NCBI RefSeq assembly: GCF_006345805.1
Contig: NC_042999.1
Coordinates: 43,524,001 to 43,588,000, forward strand
DNA length: 64,000 nt
Reading direction: 5' to 3'
Origin: Octopus sinensis
Taxonomy: Eukaryota
A program made the position numbers and the translations under genes. The number at the start of each line of letters is the position of its first letter. Within the stretch, counting starts at the first letter, position 1. The notes below the pieces were generated by a model, which ran no database searches, had not been told where the DNA came from, and saw only the letters and a list, made by a program, of their open reading frames with translations. Positions 1 through 12,563 of this stretch are shown in pieces.

Positions 1-373
1 ATTTTAAACTTCGTATACTGGTAGAATGTGTTTATAAAACATCTTTTTTTCTTGGCTTTATAAAGTAAATTCTATAGTTTGTAAGATATTTGTTGTTTTT
101 TTTCTTCAATTTCTGCAATTTCAACCAATCAGTGACGTCTATTGAGTTAAAAAGCATTCTGTGCCGTATGAATATGTCCCTCGTTTAAGAAACAGATTGG
201 GTTTATTTACATTTCTGAAGAAAAAAATATACCCTTCCCCCCACCCCTAACCCTAACTAACCCTAGCCCTAAAACAGATTGAAATGCAATAGATCGATAC
301 TAGGGTCATAGTTATGGGTGACAATTTCATATGACACCGCGAGAAAAATCTGCCGTTCAAACCGTAAAGATCC
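1..373. mobile_element. Merlin-like MITE, truncated by window start
   Basis: Ends in ...CCGTAAAGATCC like the termini of 1090-1437 and 44381-45008; internal similarity to them plus CCCTAA-like repeats. Confidence 0.7.
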
Positions 374-665
374 GAAATAACTACTCTGTCCACACTTTCC
401 AATACTCAAATCTTCCGCCATCTTTTTTGTTCATTTGAACAACACTCTTAACAACTCACTTATGTCTCTCTACCAACAAACAATAATATTAATCTGCAAC
501 AACCAATTTCTATACAACCATTGCATGCATGCGGGTATGTGTAATATATGACCATACTCAAGGCAAAGCGAGAATGAGTAACTGCGTGTATAGCTGGATA
601 TAAATTTTATAAATTCAGCTCGAAGTACATACGCACGCAAAAGTATGAATGAAATAAACATCAGA

Positions 666-1078
666 GCGCAGGAGTGGCTGTGTGGTAAGTAGCTTGCTAA
701 CCAACCACATGGTTCCGGGTTCAATATCACTGCGTGGCATCTTGGGCAAGTGTCTTCTGCTATAGCCCCGGGCCGACCAATGCCTTGTGAGTGGATTTGG
801 TAGACGGAAACTGAAAGAAGCCTGTCGTATATATGTATATATATATATATGTGTGTGTGTGTTTGTGTGTCTGTATTTGTTCCCCTAGCATTGCTTGACA
901 ACCGATGTTGGTGTGTTTATGTCCCCGTCACTTAGCGGTTCGGCAAAAAGAGACCGATAGAATAAGTACTGGGCTTACAAAAAGAATAAGTCCCGCGGTC
1001 GAGTTGCTCGACTAAAGGCGGTGCACCAGCGTGGCCGCAGTCAAATGACTGAAACAAGTAAAAGAGTAAAAGAGTAAG
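666..1078 (+). mobile_element. tRNA-derived SINE family A, full length
   Basis: Head GGAGTGGCTGTGTGG (A-box-like) and GGTTCAATATC (B-box-like), central (TA/TG)n, (AAAGAGTA)n tail; about 18 copies in window. Confidence 0.9.
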
Positions 1079-1089
1079 AGAGAGATTCT

Positions 1090-1437
1090 GGATCTTTTCC
1101 GTTTGAAGGCCAGATTTCAACACAATTTCTAAACACTTTAAAACTTCGTATACTGGTAGAATGTGTCAAAAGAAAACATTATTTTCACTTGGCTTTCTTG
1201 ATAAATTTGTAATTTGTTTGTTTAATGTAGTTTAATTTTTCCGAATTTTAACCAATCATATGCTCTCTTTTGAGCTAAAATCATTTGCTGCGTCTAAAAA
1301 CAGAGACAACATCCTGTAACTAACCCTCCCCCTGCCCCTAACCCTAACCCTAAATTTTTTTTTTCTTAATTGTTAATTTTACACGCGTAAAAAACTAGAA
1401 ATTGTGTTGAAACCTGGCCTTCAAAAGGAAAAGATCC
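1090..1437. mobile_element. Merlin-like (or hAT) MITE
   Basis: About 42-bp TIRs starting GGATCTTTTCC; perfect 8-bp TSD GAGATTCT at 1082-1089 and 1438-1445; internal CCCTAA repeats. Confidence 0.85.
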
Positions 1438-1854
1438 GAGATTCTTTGTCTCACACAGAAATTGCAGGAGGTATTCAGAGCTTTTGGAAACTCATCTAAA
1501 TTCATCAGAATGCTGGAAAGCCTTCCGTACTGCCAGCAGGTATCTCAAAGACAGCGTTTCACCCTTTCAGTATGTAGTCTTTTCCTGGTATGTCAATGAG
1601 GAGTCAATTAGTCTTCGCCAGCTGGAGGTTTGTTCTACTTGCGGTTTTTTATCAACATTAGCCACCTTAAGCTGGTTTTAGCTACCGTCTTCTTAGATGA
1701 GTAAAATTATATTTATTCAAAGCTGTGTCTGAATTACTACTCAGAGTTTTTTGTTCCTAATCCTCTCTCTCAGAGTTTATTAAAAAGTGAATTTGAGAGT
1801 TACTACTCGGAGTTTCTCAACGCCGGAGACAGAAGACTCCAAAAAGCAGCCCCT

Positions 1855-2110
1855 AGGGCAAGTGTCTTCTGCCATTGCCCCGTGCCGACCGAAGGCTTGT
1901 GAATGGATTTGGTTGTCAGAAATTGCGTTTTTGTCTCCCCACCCAACCACCACCACCACCACTTGAGAACCGGTGTTAGTTTGTTTACATCCCTGTAAAA
2001 GCGGTTCGGCAAAAAGCAATCGATAGAATAAGTACCGAGGTCGATTTGTTCGACTAAACCCTTCAAAGAGATGCCCCAACATGGCCGTAGTCAAATGAGT
2101 AAAACAAGAC
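1855..2110 (+). mobile_element. SINE family A, 5'-truncated diverged copy
   Basis: Similarity to body and tail of 666-1078. Confidence 0.75.
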
Positions 2111-2344
2111 TAAACGCTAACTGTGCTAAAGTGAAGCTGTATGTTTTATAATGTTTATGCGTATTTCTCTAACAGATTCCTAGCCTTCGTCGAGCTATGT
2201 GTGTGTGTATAACGCACAAAACAGCCTGAAAGATTGCTTTATGATACATGACATATCTTATAAATTTGCCTATTCAAGTACCAAAATAGCATGAAACTAT
2301 TAGTTGCTCTTTCGGTTGTATATTTAATTGTATATTTAATTTGA

Positions 2345-3047
2345 AATTATTGTATACAGTGCTCAGGTGCACCACAACTTGTCAAAAGCATATGCAGTAA
2401 TGTACAAATGCCTAGAAAGTGAACAGTGTATGAGTCAGATACATGCTTGTGTGTGTATGGAGGGGAGAAAATCAGGTGTAGTCTTGGCGAATCTCAGGAA
2501 GCATGGAAGTTTTGAAGGATGCAGTGCTCCGACAACTAACAACTGATGCCGGTAGTTTGTTCCATACTTCAGCAACTCTTAGCGTGAAAAAATGTTTCCG
2601 AAAGTCATGGGAGCTGTGCTGTTTTCTGATTTTGTAAACATGCTCACGGGTGTTAGACAGGTGGAGTTTGAAAAGGTGCTCGGAGTTATTGTTAGTAAGA
2701 TGGTTAATAATTTTATGGGTGTCTGCCAAGTCAGCTGCCAGATGTCGGAGTTTCAATGTATCCATGCCCAGGGAAGTAAGGCATTCAGAATATGGCAAAT
2801 GCCTGATGGAGGGTATTCTCTTGGTTGCATGTCGCTGAATGGTTTCCAGACGATTAATATCCTGGGCAAGATAGTGGTTCCAGACCGGTGATGCAAATCC
2901 CAGGTGAGGCTGCACCATAGCTATATGTAGACTCAGATAGATAGCCGGAGAGCAGCTCACAAAGGACTTGGTAAGTGATGCCAAGATACCCTCAGCCTTC
3001 TTGGCAATTTTAGCAATGTGTTTTGTCCAACGCAAATTACTGTTATG
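2345..3047 (-). mobile_element. CR1/L2-group LINE 3' fragment (ORF2 C-terminus and 3' UTR)
   Basis: ORF 2472-3035 has PHLGFASPVW, LETIQRHATK, FFTLRVAEVWNKLP motifs typical of CR1 ORF2 ends. Confidence 0.9.
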
Positions 3048-3059
3048 TTTATGTGCTAT

Positions 3060-3108
<49 letters not shown>

Positions 3109-3818
3109 CATATATATATATATAAAATAAATTAATAAATAAATAAAACATATGCATATATACATACATATATGTACGTACCTACCTCTACATGTATATA
3201 TACATGCATATATGGGCACAGGACACCAAAAAAACATCGAACACAATGAGAAACGAAAACATAAACACAAAACCAAGGAAATGGACATTCTTCTTAAACA
3301 ACGAAAAAATAGAGTACAGGACATACAAAACAAGGAAAATTCCCCTTCTTCAGTCGCCTTTGTTTCATCTACTCCACGTTTCGAAGGTCAAGGCGATACA
3401 TGACTTTAATGAAATATTCCTTCCCGCGAAAATCAAATTAAATAAAATTTGAGATTTTTTTGCGGAGGGGTAAAATTGGTAACAAAAACAGGACAATATA
3501 TATATATATTATTATTATTATTATTATTAAATCCCGCTGAGGTCGGCATTGCCTTTCCTCCTTTCGGATATTAAGTACCATTTGAGAACTGGCGTCAATG
3601 TAATCGACTATCCCCCTACCCACAAATTCCAGGCCTTATGTCTATAACAGAAAGAAGTGTTGTTGTTGTTGTTGATGGTGATGATGATGATGATGGGCAG
3701 AAGTGACAGTGATTCAAGGGGCGTGGTTTCAAACTTTTTGATGAGTGCCAATAGATGAAATTCTCGGCCCTTGAGTCACTCTAACTTACAACGATTATCA
3801 ATTTGTAATTATCTATCA

Positions 3819-3865
<47 letters not shown>

Positions 3866-3945
3866 ACACTCATGTTTTTGTGTTGTATTTTCCATTTTGC
3901 TTCACAAAATTTGTGTGTATGTGTGTGTGTGAGTGAGTGTGTGTG

Positions 3946-3997
<52 letters not shown>

Positions 3998-4090
3998 GGA
4001 AAGTTTACGAAATAAACAAAAGACGAAGGCAGGTGGAGTACAAACAAACAAATGTATTAGTATAGCGCTCAGGGATAGAAATAGAAAAAG

Positions 4091-4128
4091 TCTTTTACGT
4101 TTCGAGCCTACGCTCTTCGACAGAAAGA
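4091..4128 (-). ncRNA. Minimal type I hammerhead ribozyme motif, variant core
   Basis: UCUUU-CUGUCGA-A-GAGC(GUAG)GCUC-GAAA-C-GUA-AAAGA; loopless palindromic stem III ACGU; in about 190-bp fragment between (TA)n tracts. Confidence 0.65.
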
Positions 4129-4274
4129 TACACAGAAAAAAACAAGGAGAGAAAAAAATGCGTGTAGGAGCTAACGATCTATCATGATATATATATATAC
4201 ACACACACACACATACATTTATATATATATATATATATATATATTTGGCGAAGTTTCGCATGTCGTAGCACAGA

Positions 4275-4312
<38 letters not shown>

Positions 4313-4315
4313 TAT

Positions 4316-5216
4316 GGCATAGTTTCGGTTGTAGTAGTACAGATTTCCGTCGATTTCCGTAAAAAACTTTTATTTTTTTACATAAGTAATGAGAGCGAAA
4401 GAGACTAAGAGGAAGCGATTTTATGACGAGAAGGTTTCTCTTTGAAATCGGCCTGTGTGTGTTTGATGGGGTGTGGGAGACAGACAGTATGTTGTGTAAG
4501 TGAAGTGCTTCTGTTAGTGTGTGCGAAGAGACAGAGAGAGTAATGTGTGAAAGAGAGATAACTGATTTTTTACTCGGTGTATGTGTATATGTATGTATGC
4601 ATGTATCTATGTATGTGTGTGTGTGTAAGTATGTGTGTGTGTAAGTATGTGTGTGTGTATGTATGTATGTATGGCCGATTCATCGTAATTTTTTACTCGG
4701 TGTATGTGTATATGTATGTCTGCATGTATGTGTGTGTGTGTATGTATCTATGTATGTGTGTATGTGTATGTATGTATGTGTGTATGTATGTATGGTCGAT
4801 TCAGTGTAATTTTTTACTCGGTGTATGTGTATATGTATGTCTGCATGTATGTGTGTGTGTGTATGTATCTATGTGTGTGTGTGTGTGTAAGTATGTGTGT
4901 GTGTATGTATGTATGTATGTGTGTGTGTGTATGTATCTATGTATGTGTGCGTGTGTATGTATGTATGTATGTACTCGGTGTATGTGTATATGTATGTCTG
5001 TCTCTTCGCACACACTAACAGAAGCACTTCACTTACACAACATACTGTCTGTCCCCCACACCCCATCAAACACACACAGGCCGACTTCAAAGTGAAACCT
5101 TCTCGTCGTAAAATCGCTTCCTCTTAGTCCCTTTCGCTCTCATTACTTATGTAAAAAAATAAAAGTTTTTTACGGAAATCGACGGAAATCTGTACTACTA
5201 CAACCGAAACTATGCC
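4316..5216. mobile_element. Non-autonomous foldback/TIR DNA element in (TA)n
   Basis: About 220-bp TIRs (4316-4535 vs 4997-5216) around a (TATG/TG)n core with repeated TTTTTACTCGGTGTATG units. Confidence 0.8.
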
Positions 5217-5219
5217 ATA

Positions 5220-5295
<76 letters not shown>

Positions 5296-6234
5296 GGTAT
5301 GTAGAAAAATACAACATGGACAAGAACGTATAACTCTTAGAAGACGATACAATAAACATGGACAGGACATTCGAACCCCTCAGTCTTCAGTCAAGAACCG
5401 GATCATCGTAGTAATTTCGGCTGATATACATATATATATTTATACACACACACACACACATATATATATATGTAGTTTGCGTGTGTGTGTATACAAACTT
5501 TCAGCTCTCCCTTTATTTCTTTAAACCTTACTATCCATAGTTACTCATCACTACGATCTGTTAATAATTTCAATCTTCCACGCTGCCGTCTCTCTAATAA
5601 CTTCACGCTATAACTTCGTTCCTCTTCTGTCAGTACGCAGCATTTCCTTGTATCTCCACCACCACCACCAATACCAACACGATGACGACTGTCACCGCTA
5701 AGCGGTTCCCTGATAATCGTACCGTGACTCCTGCGACGTAATTATCTTGTTTCTATGACAACCAGCACCAGACAAGCTTGGTGGTTAATTTATGCAAGGC
5801 CCGTAATTCAAAATTTCTGTTCGCCCTCTCTCTCGCTCGATCGCTTGCCCGCTCTTTTTGCTGCTCTTTATAAAACAAATGAAAATGAATAAATGATAAT
5901 ACAATAACACTCTCCCTCGCGTCGCTCCCCCCATCACTTTTTTTTCCCTCTCTCCGTTTGTCCCTCTCCCTCACAATCATGCACACGCACATAAAATGCC
6001 TAAATAAGTTTCATAATTTCTTATTTAAAAGAAAATCCTCACACACAGAATTGCTGTCGACGGCGTCGTTTTCATTGTAGTCGACATCATCATCATCATC
6101 ATCACTATTACTACCACCAACATCATCTTTATTCTCATCATCAACATTTTGTGATTTTTGGGGGTATAGTGGTTTAATTCCAAAGCAGACCAAGACCTTC
6201 GACCAAAAAACATTCCATCCATAACTATCACGTT

Positions 6235-6274
<40 letters not shown>

Positions 6275-6837
6275 AGGACCGAATCCGCTTCATGTTTTCT
6301 CTTCTTTATTTTTTTTTTTTTGATATTTTTTTAAAAGTCAGTAGAGTGTAAGTTAAGAAAGATTTAGTTGCCATTTCCTGCAGAGCGAGCAACCGCCAAA
6401 GGATGTTCCCCCCTCTCTGGTTTGCTATTTATTGCTGGGTGTGAAAGAAATTGACAATGTTGCAGTTATGACAATTGTTTTGCTCTAATTACTTCGACAA
6501 GAATGAGTGAAGGAAAGAGAGAGAGAGAGAGAGAGAGAGAGTGCGTGCGTGTGTTCTTTTTCTAAATACTATTCTTGTTTTTTAATAATGCTCTATCCAT
6601 GTGTGTGTGTGTGTACCATACTTCTGCAAGGTAATGGAATACGAGAAAAACATTTACTTAGATATCTGTGTATGTGTGTGCGTGTGTGGAGGGGGCAGGT
6701 ATAGTTATGGGGTGCACGGGCGTGCACACACGCGGATGTGTATATATATATATATATATGCATGTACGTTCAGAACACACACACATATATAAACGTATAT
6801 GCACATATACAAATCTACATATACTAATGTGCGTGTG

Positions 6838-6916
<79 letters not shown>

Positions 6917-6945
6917 ACACACGCATACACATTCACACATAGACG

Positions 6946-7090
6946 CAGGTATGGCTGGGTGAGTAAGAAGCTCGGTTTACTACTACGTAGTTTGGTTTCA
7001 GTCCCATTACGCGGCACCATGGACAAATGTTTTCTACAACCAGTACCTTGCGAATGAGTTCGTTAGACGGAAACTGTGTTGAAGCCCATT
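6946..7090 (+). mobile_element. SINE family A-related 5' head
   Basis: Diverged tRNA-like head and CCATGGACAAATG body motif. Confidence 0.6.
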
Positions 7091-7266
7091 GAACAGTGTA
7101 TTCTGACTAGTTTTAGAGCCATTTCTGGTTTTATGTACAAGTTGATGGGCTCCACTACCTCAAATCTTCTTAAAATTTAAATCCACATCTTTGTCTATAT
7201 ATCTACCTTCTCTATAATATTACCACTTGATATGAAAATTATGTATTAATAGAAAACCTCTATTAA

Positions 7267-7350
7267 TGGCTGATGAGTGCTCAGCATTTTAAAACTGTTG
7301 TAATACTTACAACATTTAATAAAATGATGTAGTGCGAAACGATCGTACCA
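7267..7350 (+). ncRNA. Type I hammerhead ribozyme with extended stem II
   Basis: UGG-CUGAUGA-GUGC...about 50-nt hairpin...GUGC-GAAA-C-GAUC-GUA-CCA; canonical core, G10.1-C11.1, palindromic ACGAUCGU. Confidence 0.75.
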
Positions 7351-7408
7351 AATTACTGGAGTTATTCTTGTTGCTTATTTTGATTATATATATATATATA
7401 TATATATA

Positions 7409-7601
7409 CAGGTCTGACCAAAAGTCGCCTAACAGTAAATCAAAACCATTTAAGTCCAAGATTTATTTATGTTTAACAAGTGAATGAATTTAATAAAAGC
7501 ATCTTCTTGAGCTACACATTTTTCCATTCAAGTCAGTACAGAATTACAGATTGTATTTATGGAATGTTGATTTATTCTCTAGTGACTCTTGACCGACCCT
7601 G
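7409..7601. mobile_element. Tc1/mariner-like MITE
   Basis: Imperfect about 20-bp TIRs CAGGTCTGACC.../...GACCGACCCTG flanked by TA. Confidence 0.55.
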
Positions 7602-7605
7602 TATA

Positions 7606-7800
7606 TCTATATATATAAAACAGAAAATGTCCGTCTGTCTGTGCATCACTAAAACATGAGAACTACCCAACGGATTTCATTCAAATTTTACACATGACTT
7701 ACTTAGGGTCCATGCAATGTGATGGGCCAAAAAGATTGTCAACTTCTTGCCTAATGTGGGCCCGGAGCAATCTCTTATCTCTTAATGCTATTTCAGTATT
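7606..7800 (+). mobile_element. Non-autonomous Helitron-like 5' fragment
   Basis: A^TCTATATATATAAAA...GTCTGTCTG start resembling 24906-25196. Confidence 0.45.
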
Positions 7801-7972
7801 ATGTGCCAAAAGTGAAACAATAGCATCTCTATTGTAATGTTAGATAATACTTTCAGTTTTGATACTTTCACTATTATTTCACTTACATATATACATGCAC
7901 ACCTACACACACACACACATATATTATGTATATATATATATATATATATATTATGTATATATATATATATAT

Positions 7973-8011
<39 letters not shown>

Positions 8012-8043
8012 TGTGTATATATATTATATACATCGTGTGTGTG

Positions 8044-8081
<38 letters not shown>

Positions 8082-8133
8082 CCACATCCTCGCATTTTTG
8101 TTTGTTCTTATTTTTGGGGGATTTACTATTATG

Positions 8134-8209
<76 letters not shown>

Positions 8210-8225
8210 CAAATATATATATATA

Positions 8226-8277
<52 letters not shown>

Positions 8278-8279
<2 letters not shown>

Positions 8280-9403
8280 ATGTGTAACGTCAGTGTTCAT
8301 AATCGACAGAGTGTAAGTACTTTGAGAGAAAAGTTGAACCTAAGAAGCATCAGTTGTTGTGTGCAAGAGAGACGTATGCGCTGGTATGGTCATGTGATGA
8401 GAATGGCTGAAGATAGTTGTGTGCGAAAGTGCCACACCCTGGCAGTTGAGGGGACCTGTGGAAGAGGTAGACCCAGGAAAACCTGGGTCGAGGCGGTGAA
8501 GCACGACCTTCGAACTTTAGGCCTCACCAAGGAAATGACAAGTGACCGAGACCTTTGGAGGTATGCTGTGCGTGAGAAAACCCGGCAAGACCAGTGAGAA
8601 CAGTCAAAATCAAGATCAAACCAAATTGAGGTTGATCAACATCAGGACCCCCGTGCAGGTGACACGTAAATGTACCATCCGTTCGTAGCCGTTTGCCAGC
8701 CCTGTCTGGCCCCCGTGTCGGTGGCACGTAAAAGCACCATCCGTTCGTGTTCGTTGCCAGCCTGGCCTGGCCCCCGTGCCGGTGACACGTAAAAGCACCA
8801 TCCGTTTTGTGGCCGTTTGCCAGCTCTGTCTGGCCCCGTGCCGGTGACACGTAAAAGCACCATCCGTTCGTGGCCGTTTGCCAGCCCTGTCTGGCCCCCA
8901 TGTCGGTGACATGTAAAAGCACCATCCGTTTGTGGTCGTTTGCCAGCCCTGTCTGGCCCCCATGTCGGTGACATGTAAAAGCACCATCCGTTCGTGCCCG
9001 TTGCCAGCCTCGCCTGGCCCCCGTGCCGGTGACACGTAAAAGCACCATCCGTTTCGTGGCCGTTTGCCAGCTCTGTCTGGCCCCCGTGTTGGTGGCACGT
9101 AAAAGCACCATCCATTCGTGTCCGTTGCCAGCCTCGCCTGGCCCCGTGCCGGTGACACGTAAAAGCACCATCCGTTCGTGGCCGTTTGCCAGCTCTGTCT
9201 GGCACCTGTGCGGGTGCCACGTAAAAAGCACCCACTACACTCACGGAATGGTTGGCGTTAGGAAGGGCATCCAGCTGTAGAAACACTGCCAGATCTGACT
9301 GGGCCTGATGAAGCCTTCCAGCTTCACAGACCCCAGTTGAACCATCCAACCCATGCTAGCATGGAGAACGGACGCTAAATGATGATGATGATGATGATGA
9401 TGA
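8278..9403 (+). mobile_element. RTE-clade LINE 3' fragment (ORF end, 3' UTR, (GAT)n tail)
   Basis: [12 protein letters not shown]...GRGRPRKTW...DRDLWR*, stop at 8597; ends ...ACGCTAAAT(GAT)n. Confidence 0.92.
8649..9225 (+). repeat. About 61-bp minisatellite in RTE 3' UTR (9 full units plus a partial)
   Basis: Unit CCCCGTGCCGGTGACACGTAAAAGCACCATCCGTTCGTGGCCGTTTGCCAGCCCTGTCTGG in two variants. Confidence 0.9.
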
Positions 9404-9405
9404 TA

Positions 9406-9445
9406 CTAGCAGAGATACCCAGCGTTGCCTGTGTTAAATGCAATT
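9406..9445 (-). mobile_element. Helitron-like 3' end
   Basis: Minus strand ...CACAGGCAACGCTGGGTATCTCTGCTAG|T, hairpin plus CTAG. Confidence 0.55.
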
Positions 9446-10161
9446 AAAGAATTACACTTTTCTGTTATATTTTCTGTAACGACCTGGAATATCTATGTTT
9501 CGAATTTCATCAAAATTGCAGATGGGAGTTATTTCCCTCTTTACATACCCTAAAAAAATTGTAATCATGCCACATGTATCCGATACTACTGATTTTTATG
9601 CACATATTCCAAAATTCCAGTGTTATTGAACCTGTTAAAAAGATTTTGCTCCTGAAAAATGAAGGTCATGGAGCTCTAAAATGTGAGAGCTAAGGCCCCT
9701 GTTGGGGGTGGGCATCTTAATGTCTATAAGAGAAGTTGAATTGTTGTGAATCTTTTTAACTTGGGTCTTATATCTATTGTTTGAATTTCTTTGAAATAGG
9801 AAATATATGTTCACTAGGTTTGTAAAAGAGAGCAAAGCTACAGGAAACCAAAAGACGAATGATCACAATAAGCAGTCAGTTACCCTACCTACCATGTATA
9901 TACATATGTGTGTGTGTGTGTGCGCAAGCGTGTGTGTGTGTATATATATTTATTATGTGTATATATATGTATATATTATATATACATATTATGTATATAT
10001 ATATATATATTATATATACATATTATGTATATATATATATGTTATATATATATTATGTATATATATATGTTATATATATATATATATGTATATATATATG
10101 TTATATATATTAAGTATATATATCATATATATATATTATGTATATATATATATATAATGTA

Positions 10162-10537
10162 GGTGTAGGAGTGGCTGTTTGGTAAGTAGCTTGCTTATGT
10201 ACCACATGGTTCCAGGTTCAATCCCACTGCATGGCACCTTGGGCATGTGTCTTCTACTATAGCCTCAGACCAACTTGTGAGTGGATTTGGTAGACAGAAA
10301 CTGAAATAAGCCCGTCGTATATATGTATATATAGAAATATATATATATATGTATGTATGTGTGTGTCTGTGTTTGTCCCCTCCCCCAACATAGCTTGACA
10401 GCTAATGCTGGTGTGTTTACATCCCCGTAACTTAGAGGTTCGTCAAAAGAGACAGATAGAATAAGTACTAGGCTTATAAAGGGGTTGATTTGCTCGAGCA
10501 TGGCCACAGTCACATGACTGAAATGAGTAAAAGAGTA
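10162..10537 (+). mobile_element. SINE family A, near full length
   Basis: Head, body and tail match 666-1078. Confidence 0.88.
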
Positions 10538-10559
10538 CATTGCTGAAAAATATTTCTTC

Positions 10560-12015
10560 AATATAAAAATAGGTATATTATAAATATCAGATATTATTAA
10601 GTAAGGAATCAGAGAGATTTAATGGATATAAATTTATTTATTAACATTTTAAATAAGGCCTACAAGTGTTTCAATTCACACTCAATGCAAATTACAAACC
10701 TATAGAATAAGATAAGTTTGCATTTTGAATATATAGTGTTAAATATCTTCAGGGCCAATAGACATTAAGGAAAATACGTGTTGATCAATTAAGATTCTCC
10801 AACAGACTAAGTAGATGAAAATATGTTTAATTTTGTGTGTGTGTGTGTGTATTGATAATTTTATTTAAATATAATAGGATATATAAAATATAAAGGTAAA
10901 AATATAAAGTAAATGATAATGATAATAATAAATATTCAGTCAAAGATAAAGATATGCAGACCAAAAAATAAAAATACTAAAATAAATGAAATAGAAATAA
11001 AAATAAAATAAAATAAAAAATATATGTGAGTAAGATAAAAACAATGAAAATTGTTAGAAATCTGGATGTTTATTGTCTATGTTAATTCATGTGTGTGTGT
11101 GTGTGTGTATGTGTGTTATTAAAAAGCTTATTGAATCAAATCAGTTTATTTATATATGCATGTGTGTATAATTATTTGAAATTAAAAGCCAACCATTATA
11201 GTCTTGTATTATTATAATTATATTTATGTCTGTGTGTGTGTTCATCTATGTATACATCAAAGAAACTAAAGAAAATGCTAATCTTAGATTGACATCTAAA
11301 TCTTTTTTACTTGATGGTAAGATTATCAATAAAATATACACAAGTATAGTTATATATGCATGTGTGCATACTTATTTGAAAATAAAAGTCATCCGTTATA
11401 GTCTTGCATTATTATTTCTATATTCATGTGTGTGTGTGTACATGTATTTATATATGATTATATTGAATGCAATTTTAGTTTAGCATTACATCATCAAAAT
11501 TAGTGTTGTTGATAGATTTACAATGTCTTCTAATAAAATTTCTTGTACTATATCAGCCAATTAATTAATAGTTTACCAATTAAAATTAATATTATTATTA
11601 ATTAACATTATTATTAATTAGTCTTTTTAGTATTATATTATATATTATTTATATTGTTTATATTTCATATATTTAATTTTTAAGTCAAGTTATACTTACT
11701 ATATTATATTTATATATTGCTTTGTTATATTCAATTTTATTTTTTTCTGATTATACTTCCTAAAAACATATTTAGAGGAATGAATGCCTCTTGCATGGAA
11801 TTAAGGAGTTTGTGTTTAGAAATTAGAATCTGAAAAATCTTTTCAACACATAATTCACACATCTTATCAGAAATTCCATATGATCTGGTATGACTTATAA
11901 TATGCCATTTAACCTTATAATTTTTGTTATTGTCTTTTAACATCCATACAAATTTGTTTAGACTAGTATTTTTCATTTTTTGCTTGTTTTTAAAGCTGTT
12001 TTTGTGGTTAGCAAT
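10560..12015 (-). mobile_element. Penelope-like element 3' fragment (endonuclease C-terminus, UTR, HHR)
   Basis: ORF 11737-11976 KNTSLNKFVWMLKDNN...KWHII...CELC...LLNS resembles the PLE GIY-YIG C-terminal region; HHR downstream. Confidence 0.75.
10657..10756 (-). ncRNA. Type I hammerhead ribozyme with 73-nt stem II
   Basis: GGCC-CUGAAGA-[73 nt structured]-GAAA-C-ACUU-GUA-GGCC. Confidence 0.65.
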
Positions 12016-12231
12016 CTCTTTTACTCTTTACTCTTTTACTTGTTTCAGTCATTTGACTGTGGCCATGCTGGAGCACCACCTTTAGTTGAGCAAATCGAAC
12101 CCAGGACTTATTCTTTGTAAGCCCAGTACTTATTCTATCGGTCTCTTTTGCTGAACCGCTAAGTTACGGTGACGTAAACACACCAGCATCAGTTGTCAAG
12201 TGATGTTGGGGGGACAAACACAGACACACAA

Positions 12232-12290
<59 letters not shown>

Positions 12291-12461
12291 CATATATACG
12301 ACGGGCTTCTTTCAGTTTCCATCTACCAAATCCACTCACAAGGCTTTGGTCGACCTGAGGCTATAGCAGAAGACACTTGCCCAAGGTGCCACGCAGTGGG
12401 ACTGAACCCTGAACCATGTGGTTGGTAAACAAGCTACTTACCACACAGCCACTCCTACGTC
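12016..12461 (-). mobile_element. SINE family A, full length
   Basis: Reverse-complement match to family consensus. Confidence 0.9.
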
Positions 12462-12467
12462 TATATT

Positions 12468-12563
12468 CTGAAGATATTTAAGACTAAATATTCAAAATGC
12501 GAACCTATTTTATTCTATAGGTCTGTAATTTGAATTGAGTGTGAATTGAAACAATTGTAGGCC
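12468..12563 (+). ncRNA. Hammerhead motif, inverted sister of 10657-10756, stem I 5' strand lost
   Basis: CUGAAGA...GAAA-C-AAUU-GUA-GGCC, palindromic ACAAUUGU; homology with 10600-10760 extends to about 12620. Confidence 0.55.

Noticed and set aside
228-272. CCCTAA telomere-like repeats (also about 1320-1352 and 44680-44728)
   Set aside because: Internal to MITEs, not a chromosome end
1445-1700. Coding-like minus-strand stretch
   Set aside because: In-frame stops and no recognisable motif; probably a decayed TE
3330-3405. CUGAAGA, GAAAC and UCGCC/GGCGA pieces on the minus strand
   Set aside because: The elements are in permuted order with no GAAA after stem II; probably a rearranged PLE terminus, not callable as an HHR
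5370-5395. Minus-strand CUGAAGA...CGAAUGUC
   Set aside because: GAAAC is incomplete and stems are poor; at best a dead HHR remnant
8524-9349. Three overlapping repetitive ORFs, and a CRISPR-like appearance
   Set aside because: Produced by a spacer-less minisatellite in an RTE 3' UTR; no cas genes; eukaryotic context
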